The notes: a model not told the origin generated them from the sequence alone. 64,000 bases of DNA from Octopus sinensis (GCF_006345805.1 NC_043011.1:7998001-8062000); one strand, 5' to 3'. Positions 26,080 through 39,668 are shown, counted from the stretch's first letter. Numbers and translations: made by a program.

Positions 26080-26990
26080 TCTCCTGTCCGTTTATTATTT
26101 CCTCCAAGACGTGATGTTAATAACCCGAAAATATATTTCTCCTCATGCATTTTGAGTAATGAAAGTGTATCTGATTCAGAATATTTTCTGACAAAATGCA
26201 TTTTCAAAATTGCAGCCGTTCAAAGCAAAATGTCCAGCAAATTCTGTCGAACCACTGTTATTGTGCGTGTCGTCATATCTGTGCCCCATTGAATCATTTG
26301 TCTAATTGTTCTGTTGTGCAACCAGCATAAATCAAGTCGTGGTTTGTGCATTCTACTGCGTACAACAAATAGGAATCTTTACATGTGCCACATTCTGCGT
26401 AAATCACAACATTTCTGTTATGATTCTTGATGGAATTCACTTGACTTATGTTGTTACACAATGAACCGGGCTTATCACTCTTGCGGTTGCTTTTCAAGGA
26501 ATAGCGTGCAGATACTCCAATGATATTTTTCTTTGAGTCAGAAGTAGAGGTCAATAATTCTCATATATTTTCATTCCGTCTAAAGCCCAAAAATGTCCGG
26601 CTGAAGAAACATCTGTTTGAAACGAGAGTATTTTTCCGCCAAATGTTGGTAATTTTCATGCAACACTTTTGAAATGCCAACGAAATTTCGGTGCCAGTTA
26701 ATCACTAAAGGAATTCTGTTAGATATTGTACTGTTTTTTCCTAAAATTATGTGAGTCAAGTTTTGACTTTCTTGCTAATCCTAACTATTTCATCTGCTAT
26801 TTCCTTTAATCGTGATTCACTGTAACTGCGATTGACATAATGGTGTAGAAAAGCATTTGTATGCTTCCAGTAATCCCTATGTCAGTACAAACCCGTTTAT
26901 TCCCGCCAAAATGGGGATTTCGGATTTGACAATGGATGCGTACTGGTCTGAAAAGTCATGGTCGTATATATGCAAGGACAAAAGTAAATC
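26080..26990 (-). mobile_element. Degenerate Penelope-like element (thumb + GIY-YIG)
   Basis: RIPLVINWHRNFVGISKVLHENYQHL (thumb); SLCNNI...TCKDSYLLYAVECTNHDLIYAGCTTEQLDK*FNGHRYD...FAGHF (GIY-YIG). Confidence 0.75.
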
Positions 26991-27030
26991 ACAACAATTA
27001 AGTTGAATGCGAGACGGCCTTCATCTAACA

Positions 27031-27355
27031 CAGGGGTTCTCAACCATTTTTTAAATCTATTAACCCCATTTGTTATTGTTTTATTCTGGTGGACCCCTCC
27101 ATAGCCATTCGATGCTTAAAAACTAGTTTTATAGAAATTTCTTTCAAAATTCTTCTTTTGTTTTTCACTCATTAACTTATGTAAGTTGAACTGTGTGAAA
27201 TGTTAGACAAAAGAACCCAACCGTTTCTTGCAATACACACCAACACATACATTAAAAACAACATTTATCTGCAGGGGCCCTTACAATACTGCCGTGGATG
27301 TTCAATTTACTATTTTGTTACGTGGACCCCATCAACATCTCATGTGGACCCTTGG
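27031..27355 (+). mobile_element. hAT-type MITE fragment
   Basis: Starts CAGGGGTTCTCAACC, a typical hAT terminus, and has internal gtggacccc motifs; the right TIR was not found. Confidence 0.5.
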
Positions 27356-27479
27356 TGTCAAACTTTTCTTCATGCTCCTTGTGACCTGTTCACTGACACA
27401 GAAATGCTGCAAGTGAAATGAAATGGATGTACATATAGTAAAAATATTAATATTTAAGAAATGTAACATTTTTATTTAC

Positions 27480-27671
27480 CAGCTTATGGTCGATTGCACC
27501 GCTAGAAAAATCCAGTATTGTGGTTGTTGTTTTCGACATTACGCTTTCAGAAAAGTTTCTTCTTTCACCAACCATTTCCAAATATGGTATTCTGTCCAAA
27601 GAATCCAAAAGACCTTCCCAACTTGTTTTATTCAGCTTATCCATTTCACTTATAGCACCAGCAACCATTAT
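27480..27671 (-). CDS. Internal exon B of the same gene
   Basis: Acceptor ttcggttgcacAG; 192 nt, phase 0-0, IMVAGAISEMDKLNKTSWEGLLDSLDRIPYLEMVGERRNFSESVMSKTTTTILDFSSGAIDHKL; donor GTaaat at 27479. Confidence 0.85.
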
Positions 27672-28210
27672 CTGTGCAACCGAAATACATAGATAACTAG
27701 ATAAACATAGATATACAGTTATACATATACACAATACGCAAGCATTTGATTGTGTGTGCAAGTGTGTGTGTGGATGTTTGCATTTGTATGTGTGTGAGAG
27801 AGAGAATGTGTGTGTGTGTGTGAGTGTGATGAAAGACAGATCGTTGCTTATCTACGACGATGTTTGTTGAACCTGTTCGATGCCATTGAATTATTCCAGG
27901 ATATTTCGCTGGAACGAATTTCATTCATAACAATCAGAATAATTACTCCACTTCAAAAGTAAAGAAATGAAAGAAAACAGCATTCGACACATTTCAATTT
28001 AGATTTACAATCTTTCCGTAACAAGTTGACTTAGGTCCGTATCAAAGTTAGTTAAATTACTTGAATCCTGCACTCCATTCCTTACTACCGAACATTCGGA
28101 AACTACTCCTGACTGAGGTCTCTGCCGGTTAACTAATAGATATCAATGAAAACCGGAGCGAGGTGCAAACGAATGTAGACATACAATGTTAATATGACAG
28201 TTGAACTTAC

Positions 28211-28395
28211 TTTTAAATTGTCATCGATCGTCTTCAAAGATTCGAATTGGAGTGTCCCGAACGTGGCCGCCAGTTCAAACCTGATGTCAAATTTGTCGCC
28301 AAGTTCCGTTTTTTCTGTAAGTCTTTCAATGACCTGACCCGGGGTGTTCAAGTGAAGAATTTTGTCCACTGCTTCATCATCATTTATAGTGTGTT
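28211..28395 (-). CDS. Internal exon A of unannotated host gene (fungal-type uncharacterised protein family)
   Basis: Minus strand: pyrimidine-rich acceptor ...ctctcaaacactaacAG, then open phase-1 exon (x)HTINDDEAVDKILHLNTPGQVIERLTEKTELGDKFDIRFELAATFGTLQFESLKTIDDNLK, then donor GTaagt at 28210. Ends in phase 0, matching exon B. Confidence 0.85.
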
Positions 28396-28439
28396 CTGTT
28401 AGTGTTTGAGAGAAATTATATAAGATAAAGAGAGAGAAA

Positions 28440-28865
28440 GTGTAAAAGGCGATGATGTGTGTATGCTCCACAGAAATGCAAAAACAATCATCGTGTTCGA
28501 ATTGATCGTGTCCTGGGAGGACAGGCCCGATATTTCCTACCAGGCCAAAATATTGGAAATAGTAGGACTCAGTAAACGAAGCCCTTATCAAAGGCTGACA
28601 TGTGACCTCATTCCGCATTGAAGTTTGGTGCCACGGATTTCCATCAAGATCCGTGCGCTAATTGCTGCAGAAGATAGGTCTGGAATTCAGACAACTGAAG
28701 GAAGTCATTAAGGAAGAAGGCAGAGCAGCTGAAACTAACGCAGGATAGCTGTGGTTGATAAAAGATTGCAAGTGAACCGCTTCCGTAGGTGAAAACTGTT
28801 TCAGTCCTCGCTGCCCAACTCAGGCGTACAATCTAAGGGACGAAACGCTTATGACCCTGAATTAC
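28440..28865 (+). mobile_element. HERO-like RLE non-LTR retrotransposon 3' fragment
   Basis: KTIIVFELIVSWED...K...IEVWCHGFPSRS...AAETNAG*LWL; the 3'UTR is homologous to 14290-14400 (minus). Confidence 0.6.
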
Positions 28866-28883
28866 TTGTAGACGATACAGAAG

Positions 28884-28954
<71 letters not shown>

Positions 28955-29082
28955 TTACTCACTCACTCATTCACTCACACATACAGACATGTTGATACAA
29001 ATAGGAAAAATAGAAGTCAAAATATGAGAAATATGTATGAACGAAACTCTCGGACCTTGAGTCACTCTGTTACTTCTGCTAG

Positions 29083-29256
29083 GTAGTGGGTCCAGTCGAT
29101 TATATCGACTCCAGTGCGTAACTGGTACTTAATTTATCGACCTCGAAAGAATAAAAAGCAAAGTCGACCTCGGCGGAATTTGAACTCAGAACGTAACGGC
29201 AAACGAAATACTGCTAAGCATTTTGCCCGGCGTGCTAACGTTTCTGCCAGCTCGCA
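29083..29256 (-). mobile_element. SINE family A
   Basis: Core and head match the family consensus seen elsewhere in the window. Confidence 0.85.
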
Positions 29257-29284
29257 GACTTGACTTTTGCTGAATATTAACACG

Positions 29285-29332
<48 letters not shown>

Positions 29333-29334
29333 CG

Positions 29335-29366
<32 letters not shown>

Positions 29367-29904
29367 CATATATAAATATGTATATACTTACATTTGTATA
29401 TATATATATATATATGCACATAAATGCATACATATATAAATACATATATATACATATATGTATATATATATATATAATATATATATATATATTATCAAAC
29501 AGAATTTGATGTTTCGGATATCAGAGTCCCCCGTCGGTAAAGAGAAAGCAAGAAGGGTAGTTGACGTGAGGGAAGAAGCAAGACAGAGGGAAAAGGGTTG
29601 GTGGCTGACTGGGAATGTAGTTCTATGAAGAGGAAAAGGCGGGATGTTGTATCTATGTATACACACACAAAAATGCACACGCACACACATCCACACACAC
29701 ACATACATACATACAGGCAATAACTAAGAAAGAATTCAAAAACAACAACAGAATTGGCAGTGAATATCATTGGTTAGACTTTTAGAGTTATCTCTACAAA
29801 TTTTTAAATAGAATTTAGAGTCAACAGTAAAAATTACGAGGTTTCCTATATGAACACGTCTAATATAAATAATGCAGTCGGAAATAGACAAATAAGTAAT
29901 GAGT

Positions 29905-29948
29905 GTATATACATATTTCAGGAGTCCTTGCTCCTTCATCAGTGCCAC
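29905..29948 (-). ncRNA. Degenerate hammerhead motif
   Basis: Minus strand CTGATGA AGGAG caagga CTCCT GAAA tatg TA; stems I and III are weak. Confidence 0.4.
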
Positions 29949-30109
29949 ATCAAACCCATTAACTATCCGCGAATGCATTGCTTAGATACCTACCACCACT
30001 GAGTTTACGTATGACATACATTCCTGGCAACTGGTATACACATATTCATTGAGAGCAAGGAAACCGTATTTCGCTTTGCAACTAGAACATATTGCGAAGT
30101 ATATTCTTT

Positions 30110-30318
30110 TCTGCTCTAGGCACAAGGCCCAACATTTTTGTGGGAGGGGCCAGTCGATTAGATCGACCAAAGTACGCAACTGGTACTTAATTTTTCGACC
30201 TCGAAAGTATGAAAGGCAAAGTCGACCTCGGAAGAATTTGAACTCAGAACGTAAAGACAGACGAAATACCGCCAAGTATTTCGCCCAACACGCTAACGTT
30301 TCTACCACCTCGCCGCCT
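30110..30318 (-). mobile_element. SINE family A (tail Y)
   Basis: Head, core and tail ggcccctcccacaaaa...gggccttgtgcctag. Confidence 0.85.
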
Positions 30319-30562
30319 TCTGTCAAGTATATTAAAGGCTTCGTATACAGAGTATATATAGAGACGTATGTATGTATGTATGTATGTATGTATGTATGTA
30401 TGTATGTATGTATGTATGTATGTATGCATGTATGTATGCATGTATGTATGCATGTATGTATGTATGTATGTATGTATGTATGTATGTATGTATGTATGTA
30501 TGTATGTATGTATGTGTGTATGTATGTGTATGTATGTGTGTGTATGTATGTATGTATATATA

Positions 30563-31325
30563 TATTTATCTAAATATGTATATATAAAGACATACCTGGT
30601 TTTTGTGTAATTACAACCGAAAACGTGAAGCAAAATATAAGCAGAAGTTGATTCATCCTGGCTTCGAAGAGGAAAACTGATCTGAAACCGTCTGTTGGTG
30701 GCTCCTTTTAATACTCCTCAGACACCATTTAATCAATTCATGTATTTTCGCCAAGGCCGTGTGTTTTTGTACTTTTGTTCTGTTATAAGAAATGATGCTT
30801 TTGAACAGATAAGAACTGGTTGAACTACGTATAATTTCGGAATTAAAGATTTTATTCTATAGGTGCTTTCAAATTGTCGATATCTTTTGTTTGTGGCAAC
30901 CGTTTTGCCGTAGAAAGCTCTGAGAAGCTTTCTTTACTGTATTTGCTTTGACTTTCGACAACGAAGTCTCAATTCATACGACTACAAAAACAAAAACAGA
31001 ACGATTGTCAGACGTCCACAACAATATAGATGCAAATTCTTCAGCCACGTTGTACCTGGAACAGATGGAGTATATAAAGACAAGCAAGAAATAAAATTAA
31101 AAGGAATCATATAAAACGGTAGAAAATTGAGCAAGTGCTCATAGAAACCAATTTGGTTTTTGTGATCAGTCGGCTTATGTCAATTCTTACTCGATATTTT
31201 TTAGGCAGTTGGTGAAATAATTTTGCTGCTGGTATGCATCTGCGTTGCACAAGGCAGACGTCTATTGAGGAATAAATCAGAGTCGAGGAGAGATTTCTTG
31301 AAGAGGTTACCCGGCAATGTGGGCT
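30563..31325. repeat. Dispersed repeat, copy 2 of 4960-5720
   Basis: Collinear similarity to copy 1; preceded by (TATG)n at 30365-30560. Confidence 0.75.
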
Positions 31326-32066
31326 TTAAAAAAAAAAGGTCAACCCATGTAATATTGTAGGAACGTTTGGAGAATCTCAAAAATCGGATTGTCAGATCGT
31401 CCTAGATGGCCGTTTATACATTCTGCATTTTATACCAATAAGACCATACTAAGGGCAGGTTACAAGGATGCACATGGCATCGGTCGAATTAGAAGTAAAG
31501 TTTCTTTCCTTAATGACACTACATCACTAGATATAGATGTTAGATAACCATCAGAAAAACGATTGCTACTGTTATACTAGCAATCACACTTTTCCAGCGA
31601 TTATGAGGTATTTGTCCTTTCGTCGGCCCAAATGGAGCGAAGTGTTAGCGCTGTTTTGCAAAACTCTGTACTTGGAAACAAAGACGATTTTTCTGGATCC
31701 AGCTAGCAGCTCGTTTGTTCACTGCGCAAACACGAGAATGTAAGTGGGACCTTCAGAGTAGGGACCATTTATGCCCTGACTGAGCAAGACGATCGAACAT
31801 TTTCCTGTATCCAAATACATTCTTGGGAACGTTCTGTTTATACGAAAGGTCGACTGGAATGGTATTTTAGACGCACGCTGGTACTGTGTGGTCTTAACTG
31901 ATATAAAGTAGGACGTAAAAGCCTCGCAAACTTGTACTGGAAGTTCCACCACATTTGCAAGTCTCCACTCTATTTCCTGAATGCATCTCATGCGGAGTTA
32001 AACTGCATCAGATGGAATTCACAGTGTTAGAATAAATATCAAGTGATTTAGAGGCCACTACGTGCA

Positions 32067-32160
<94 letters not shown>

Positions 32161-32318
32161 TATATATATATACATGCATATATATACATATATATATATG
32201 TATATATATATGTATACATATGTATGTATATATATGTATATATATATATACATATATATTATATATATATATTATATATATACATATATATATGTATATA
32301 TACATATATGTATGTATG

Positions 32319-32350
<32 letters not shown>

Positions 32351-32366
32351 TGTGTGTATATATATG

Positions 32367-32474
<108 letters not shown>

Positions 32475-32809
32475 TAGGCGCTTCTTGTTTTGATTATTTT
32501 CAGTCTACAGAGAAATAGTTAAGATTTCCCTGTTTGTATTAAGCTTTACCTGTAGCGTGATATTGTGTGATCTAAGATCTTCATTGATTGGCCCCTGATA
32601 TTAAAGCGTTAAACTCATATCGTATGCAAATCAATCCTTATAGTTTTCTGGAGTTACTAGATTTATTGAGTATATAAACATATTGTCTGCTTATTTCTCT
32701 GTGATTGGTCAAAAAAATTACAGACACCCCTGATGAGAATGCAATAAGTTTCGAAAATCACCGTTTCTTTCATTCCACCGGGAAATAGTTAAATCTGTTT
32801 GTGTGTGTG

Positions 32810-32848
<39 letters not shown>

Positions 32849-32866
32849 TGTGTGTGTCTGTGTGTG

Positions 32867-32902
<36 letters not shown>

Positions 32903-33068
32903 ACGCATCGATCGATCTCTATGTATGTAGGTATGTATGTATGCATGCATGCACGAATGTTCAAACATATAAGTGCTGGACATAACACGTTTTAATCATT
33001 CAAAGCTGAGGCATTATTAAATCACTAAGCGCGCATAAGAACTAACGTTAAATTAGAATATATATATA

Positions 33069-34301
33069 TTGCGTTGTCCGGAAGGTTCGTGCCGATTTTT
33101 AAAGGCAAGAAAAAGGTCAATAAATACTTGCATTACATTTTTTATCAAACAAATATGAACCATTTTGTTGCACAATGCGTCTTCATCTTTCCTTTAAATT
33201 GAAAATACCCTCTTCCCAGAACTGAGGTGGTATCATGGCAAAGAATTCATCAAGGTATCTTTTTACGTCATTTAAGGAATTGAAATTTTTACCATTAAGA
33301 CTATTCTGCAGAGGCCCGAATAAGAGGAAATCTGAAGGAGCAATATCTGGTGAATATGGAGGGTGGGGTAACACATCCCAGCCGAGCTGCAGCAATTTTT
33401 GTCAGGTTCCCAAAGAAACGTGCGGTCTTGAAAACAACACTCTTCCTGTTGGCCAATTCTGGACGTTTCTCTTGAATTGCTGCTTTTAACTCGGCCAGTT
33501 GTGTGCAGTATTTCTCAGAATTAATTGTCTGGTTACTTGGGGGAGCTCATAGTACAGAATTCTTTTAGTAAGACTTTTTTAGGGTGAAGACCCGCTTTTG
33601 GGGTGGCTCAGGTCACTTACTCCAGGATCGCTTTCTCTGAACATTTCTCTAGATAATCCATTTCTCATCACCAGTCACAATTTGCTCTAAAAAAGGTGTG
33701 TTTTCATTCCGTTTATAAAGCGAATCACAGATAGAAATGCGATCCAAAAGGTTCTTCTCACTCAACTCTTGTGGTACCCAAACATCGTAGCGATTTGTGT
33801 AACCAAGCTTTACCAGGTGCCCATGAACGACGGATTTTGTTGGGTTGAGGCTTTCTGCCAATTCTCGAGTTGTGCAACGTGGGTTGTTCTCAATTAATGA
33901 CTTGATTTGGTCATCATCTGTAGTGGATGCTCTGCCTGATCGCTCTTTATCAATAAGGCTACAATCTCCAGCTCGGAACCCTGCGAACCAATTCCGTACA
34001 GTTCTTTCGAATAAAGAAACATCACCGTAAACTGCGCATATTTCTTTGCTTGTGAGGCATTTTTCCCTTTACGGAAAAAAAAAACATCAAGTGCCGAAAA
34101 TGAACTTTCTTATCTTCTATTTTAAAGGGTTAGAGAATTAACACAGGTTATAGGAACATAAACCTTCTTCCACGAAAAGATAGCTTAAACTGTGCTCTAA
34201 GTGGAGGTGTAGTCAAATCCTATTTTATGGACACAACCATGTTCTAAAATAAGTCGAAAGATAAGCTACTATAAATCGGCACGAACATTCCGGACAACCC
34301 A

Positions 34302-34302
<1 letters not shown>
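33069..34302 (-). mobile_element. Full-length degenerate mariner (DD34D type)
   Basis: TIRs ttgcgttgtccggaaggttcgtgccgattt / aaatcggcacgaacattccggacaacccaa, in TA context. Transposase motifs WVPQEL, IVTGDEKWI, HPPYSPDIAPSDF on the minus strand. Confidence 0.93.
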
Positions 34303-34340
<38 letters not shown>

Positions 34341-34790
34341 CATAAGTAGATTTGCACATGCATACATGCGTACATAAAAGCATATATATACGTGCGTGTG
34401 AGTATATACACACACTCACACACACATGCACATCACATTGCTGTCCACTTTAAAAGTATTGCTTGTACTTTTACTATTTCCCGTTCTAGTTACAAAATCG
34501 ATCGCTCGACTTATTAAGAATCAGGTTGTTTTGTTTTATTACATGCTTTCTTTTTCTTGTTATTTGTAACTAATGTGAGCAAACAGATGCAAGTTGTGAA
34601 GGCCTAAGAGTTCTCTGACAGAGGTATTCACGTGGACATACACATGTTCTCGTAAACCCACCCACCTACCCACCCGCACACGTTCACACACACTCACACG
34701 CGCATATGCACGAACACACACATACGCACATATGTATACACAATCACATACCCACCTACACAGTTTTTACAATTTTCCTACTAAAAAACA

Positions 34791-35187
34791 AACAGGAGTG
34801 GCTGTGTGATAAATAGCTTGCTAACCAGCCACATGGTTCCGCGTTCAGTCCCACTGCGTGGCATCTTGGGCAAGTGTCTTCTGCTATAGCCCCGTGAGTG
34901 GATTGGTAGACGGAAACTGAAAGAAGCCTGTCGTATATATGTATATATATATATATATGTGTGTATGTGTGTGTGTTTGTGTATGTGTGTTTGTCCCCTT
35001 AGCATTGCTTGACAACCGATGCTGGTGTGTTTACGTCCCCGTCACTTAGCGGTTCGGCAAAACAGACCGATAGAATAAGTACTGGGCTTACAAAGAATAA
35101 GTCCCGGGGTCGATTTGCTCGATTAAAGGCGGTGCTGCAGCATGGCCGCAGTCAAATGACTGAAACAAGTAAAAGAGTAAAAGAGTA
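34791..35187 (+). mobile_element. SINE family B
   Basis: Head, internal (TA/TG)n and CR1-like tail. Confidence 0.88.
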
Positions 35188-35309
35188 TTCATACACACAC
35201 ACACACACACATATACGTTCAGCAAAATTTAGATTCAGTTGAATATGGTACTAAAGTTAAAGGTACCAGAATTATGTATGGTATTATCCATATAATTCAA
35301 AATGGGGTG

Positions 35310-35480
35310 ATCAAAATAAGCAACAAGGATATCCAAGGGACAACTCTACCTTGGATATCATTGTTGCTTATTTTGATATATATATATTAATAATTAAGGG
35401 TTCTAGCAAGCAGTACCTGCATACTGAATTAGCAGTCAAATTGATCAAACCGGTACTGCTTGCTAGAAACCTTAATTATT
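35310..35480. repeat. Two adjacent short inverted repeats
   Basis: atcaaaataagcaacaaggatatccaagg / ccttggatatcattgttgcttattttgat and aataattaagggttctagcaagcagtacc / ggtactgcttgctagaaaccttaattatt. Confidence 0.8.
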
Positions 35481-35492
35481 CTTTTCCACTCT

Positions 35493-36060
35493 AGCCACAA
35501 GGTCTGAAGTTTTGAGGGAGGTGGGGCCAGTCGATTAGATCGACCCAGTACGAACTGGTACTTAAATTATCGACTCCGAAAGGATGAAAGGCAAAGTCGA
35601 CCTCGCGGAATTTGAACTCAGAACGTAAAGACAGATGAAATACTTATTTCTTTACTACCCACAAGGGACTAAACACAGAGGGGACAAACAAGGACAGACA
35701 AACGGATTAAGTCGATTATATCGACCCCAGTGCGTAACTGGTACTTATTTAATTGACCTCGAAAGGATGAAAGGCAAAGTCGACCTCAGCGGAATTTGAA
35801 CTCAGAACGTAGCGGCAGACGAAATACCTATTTCTTTACTACCCACAAGGGGCTAAACACAGAGAGGGAAAACAAGGACAAACAAACGGATTAAGTCGAT
35901 TATATCGACCCCAGTGCATAACTGGTACTTATTTAATCGACCCCGAAAGGATGAAAGGCAAAGTCGACCTCGGCGGAATTTGAACTCAGAACGTACCGGC
36001 AGACGAAATACCGCTACGCATTTCGCCCGGCGTGCTAACGTTTCTGCCAGCTCACCGCCT
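35493..36060 (-). mobile_element. SINE family A concatemer (3 cores, about 184-bp period)
   Basis: Repeated core plus tail X, with junctions gaaatacctatttc / gaaatacttatttc. Confidence 0.88.
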
Positions 36061-36129
36061 CACCCTTAATTATTAATAGACTAGCTGAAGGTGACCTGAT
36101 CTACGCGCGGGTAAGAGTATGGTTGTTAC

Positions 36130-36420
36130 TTTCTGTTGCTTCCTTTCGGCACGTAAAAAGCACCATCCGAACGTGGCCGATGGCAGCGCCGCCTTGACTG
36201 GCTTCTGTGCCGGTGGCACGTAAAAAGCACCAACTGATCGTGGCACGAAAAAAACACCCACTACACTCACGGAGTGGTTGGCGTTAGGAAGGGCATCCAG
36301 CTGTAGAAGCACTGCCAGATCTGACTGGAGCCTGGTGCAGCCTCCTGGCTTCCCAGAACCCGGTCAAACAGTACAACCCATGCTAGCACGGAAAACGGAC
36401 GTTAAACGATGATGATGATG
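36130..36420 (+). mobile_element. RTE-type LINE 3' end / SINE family C
   Basis: gagtggttggcgttaggaagggcatccagctgtagaa...cggacgttaaac(gat)n tail; the same family occurs at 57115-57285 (+) and 63768-64000 (-). Confidence 0.8.
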
Positions 36421-36890
36421 ATTCTCCCTCTTTGTTTCTCTCTCCTTTCTCTCTCACTTTCCCACTCTCTTACTCTTCCTTTCTCTCGGACCCTCCCTCG
36501 CTTTCTCTTACTGCATCTTTATCTACCTCTCTCCCATTTATAAACAACAAAAGATCTTGAGTAAGTTGAGAAAGAAATATATTTTCGAAGATCACGCATA
36601 AATATCAGGCAGTTACAAAGGAAAGGTCTGCTTCAAGGCAGACAACAAAACACTAACATTTAAAAGGGAAAGACGAACTTGCGAGCTGAATAAAAAAAAA
36701 AAATATTGGAAACCAAAGTTTGAAGGGATAGAATCTGAGGATAGTAAAGTCACCATGGCTGGCATTTCTTAACGACGGACAGCAACGTAGTGGCAGTTTA
36801 ACAGCAAGCGTAAAATTTTGAATTTGATATAAAAGAAAATTCCTAAACACCAAGCTTTGAAGTGATTCTTTCTCACGCCAGTAGACTCAC

Positions 36891-37045
36891 CATGGCAAGC
36901 ATTCAAAACTTCTTCATCATGGACGGCAACACATTGACGATTAAAAGGCTGTCGCAAATTTTTTGACTTGATGTAACAGAGAATTTTTAAATACCCGCTC
37001 CCGTAAATTTTAATCCCCTTCCAGCCCCATTTAGACCCCTTTTCA
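36891..37045 (-). CDS. Candidate upstream exon (phase 2 to phase 1), possibly of the unannotated gene
   Basis: Long T-rich tract then cctaatAG acceptor; open EKGSKWGWKGIKIYGSGYLKILCYIKSKNLRQPFNRQCVAVHDEEVLNACH; donor G|GTgagt. The phase-1 end is compatible with exon A (G+AA = Glu). It lies inside a putative Helitron. Confidence 0.35.
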
Positions 37046-38301
37046 CTATTAGGCAAATCAAACAGTGAAAAACATAAACCAAAACATAAAAATAAAAATA
37101 TAATATACAAAATATATAAAATATAAAATTTAAAAATTTAAATTATTTAAATTTAAAATTAAAATTATTAATTTATATTTATAATTTTAAAAAAATATAT
37201 ATATAACTATCAAAAAGTATTAAAAAGTTTAATATACATAAATACAGATACATACACTTTGTATATATACATTATATATACATATTTATATATAGAACAC
37301 ACACACACACACACATAAATTAACCCAATAAATATCTCATTCATAATATTTGTTCTCATGATTGTGTGGTGGTTGTGGTGGCGATGATAATTCTCTCTAT
37401 GAATGCAGACAGACGTATAGAGAGAGAGTGTGTGTGAAAGCGCTGTCGAAGGCGAGGAGGGGCGAGATATAGAACGCTGTGAAACGACGATATAAAGAGA
37501 AAGTGAAGGGGAAGTAGACGCTGTGAAACGACGTTATAGATAGAATGTAATGGGAAGGGAGGAAAGAGAGTGAGTGATGGAGGAAGACAGATACATAAAA
37601 GAATGATAGTAGACTTGTCAAAGTACGTTTTTGGTCCTAGCAACGATTTCTAACCTAGCCCACTCGCATCCTCACCTCATTTTACATGTCCCTGTAAATT
37701 TTGGAGTCAATCCGATGGGATCTAGTGGCCTTTAACCTGTTCTCAATGCCAAAACCAGACAAACAAACGAACAAACTTTTCGTATTTCAGAATTATAATA
37801 TAGAGATAATTTATACCGTCAGAAGTTTGTTTTACTCATGTTAAACAATATCCTCTTATTATTTAACACATGCACTGGTAAAGTTTCCACTCATTTACTT
37901 ATTTATTTTATCTAAAATTTTCGTTGCGTCTTGCATTCTTTTCAACAGTCGTTGACTCTGTCCTTTATCCGAGCTGTACATGTAGATATAGATGTGTAGA
38001 TAGATCTCGAAATACTCATACATATATGTTTGCATCTGTTATTTATCAACGATTTTCTATAAAAATGCAGTTGTATACTTTAATTTGCTGCTTTTCTATA
38101 CACAAACCGAGAAGACACCTTTGCAGAACAGTCGTTATTTGAACGAGATACAACTTGTAATCACCTGAGCAGACACAGCTACACCGTAGGATCCTCCTAA
38201 AGCAGTTGTTCACGACGAATCGATGCCAGATGGGCCGAAACAATCGTAGTGACTAATAAAGATTCTCGTAGCTTCCATTTCCCGTCTCTCATATTAATCA
38301 A

Positions 38302-38302
<1 letters not shown>

Positions 38303-38332
<30 letters not shown>

Positions 38333-38791
38333 TGTATTGTATGTATGTATGTATGTATGTGTGTATGTATGTATGTATGTATGTATGTATGTATGTATGT
38401 ATGTATGTATGTATGTGTGTATGTATTTATGTATGTATGTATGTATTGTATGTATGTATGTATGTATGTATGTATTGTATGTATGTATGTATGTATGTAT
38501 GTATGTATGTATGTATGTATGTATTGTATGTATGTATGTATGTATGTATGTATTGTATGTATGTATGTATGTATGTGTGTATGTATGTATGTATGTATGT
38601 ATGTATGTATGTATGTATGTATGTATTGTATGTATGTATGTATTGTATGTATGTATGTATGTATGTATGTATTGTATGTATGTATGTATGTATGTGTGAA
38701 TGTATGTATGTATGTATGTATGTATGTATGTATGTATGTATGTATGTATGTATGTATTGTATGTATGTATGTGTGTATGTGTGTATGTATG

Positions 38792-38822
<31 letters not shown>

Positions 38823-38830
38823 GTATGTAT
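38303..38830. repeat. (TATG)n microsatellite, about 530 bp
   Basis: Read directly. Confidence 0.97.
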
Positions 38831-39011
38831 GTATGCATGCATGTATGTATGTATATACACACAAACACAGATACAAACATAGACTCATACACACATGTCA
38901 CACACACACGCACACACACGCATATTTATATATCCATGTTTATACATACATATATATTCCGTTTTTGGATTTGGTTTGCAAGATTCTTTATGTGAAATCG
39001 CGTGTTGAAGC

Positions 39012-39167
39012 ATATTCTGTTGTGTCTGGGGAGAGTCATTTTCTTTTTATGCTTTATAATTTAACACTCACCGGTAAAATAAAAATAAGAACTAAGCGGA
39101 CATTTTACCGGTGTGCTAAATTGTAAGGCACAAAAGAAAGTGACTCTCCCCAGACACAACAGCATAT
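39012..39167. repeat. Imperfect inverted repeat (MITE-like)
   Basis: ctgttgtgtctggggagagtca...caccggtaaaat / attttaccggtg...tgactctccccagacacaacag. Confidence 0.85.
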
Positions 39168-39183
39168 ATATATATATATATAT

Positions 39184-39243
<60 letters not shown>

Positions 39244-39490
39244 TATAGGCACATAATACACACGATATATCTGTATGTATACATATATATATGTGTGTGC
39301 GTTTGTTTTTCATTCAGCTATAATCAAAAGAATTTTACATTAATCTGTTGGCTAACTCTATAAATTTGTTGAGAACAAATGTAGTATTCTTAGACAAGAA
39401 TATTATTCAATGCATCGCTGTCCGCCGATGGTCAACTGGCCGAAATTTCGAAGTCACTGTCAATAAAATTCTTCTTTAGGAATATACGTT

Positions 39491-39668
39491 CTTTTACTTG
39501 TTTCAGTCAATTGACTGCGGCCATGCCGGAGCACTGCGTTTAGTCGAACAAATCGCCCGCAGAACTTATTCTTTGTAAGCCTAATACTTATTCTATCGGT
39601 CATCTTTTGCCGAACCGCTAAGTTACGGGGACGTAAACACACCAGTATCTGTTGTCAAGCGATGTTGG
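39491..39668 (-). mobile_element. SINE family B, 3' half
   Basis: Reverse complement of the family tail; abuts (CATA)n. Confidence 0.8.

Larger units (their letters stand above)
36078..37808 (-). mobile_element. Putative non-autonomous Helitron (with inserted RTE-tail element at 36130-36420)
   Basis: Left end actagctgaagg...cgcgcgggt (CTAG|T on minus). Right end ...aaacaaacgaacaaac...ataatatagagat (A|TC on minus), resembling the 9460 end. Pairing of the two ends is inferred. Confidence 0.5.

Noticed and set aside
27845-27955. Possible extra minus-strand exon between exons A and B
   Set aside because: The phase-0 frame after the AG hits TGA within 10 codons, while exons A and B join cleanly without it.
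31537-31991. ORFs in a unique-looking segment
   Set aside because: Stops occur in all frames with no consistent domain; probably decayed TE sequence.
32725-32770. CTGATGA...TTCGAAA in a pLTR-like segment
   Set aside because: Stem III and the cleavage triplet are degenerate, so it is at most a dead hammerhead. The same applies to 2563-2610, 8325-8345 and 57390-57420.
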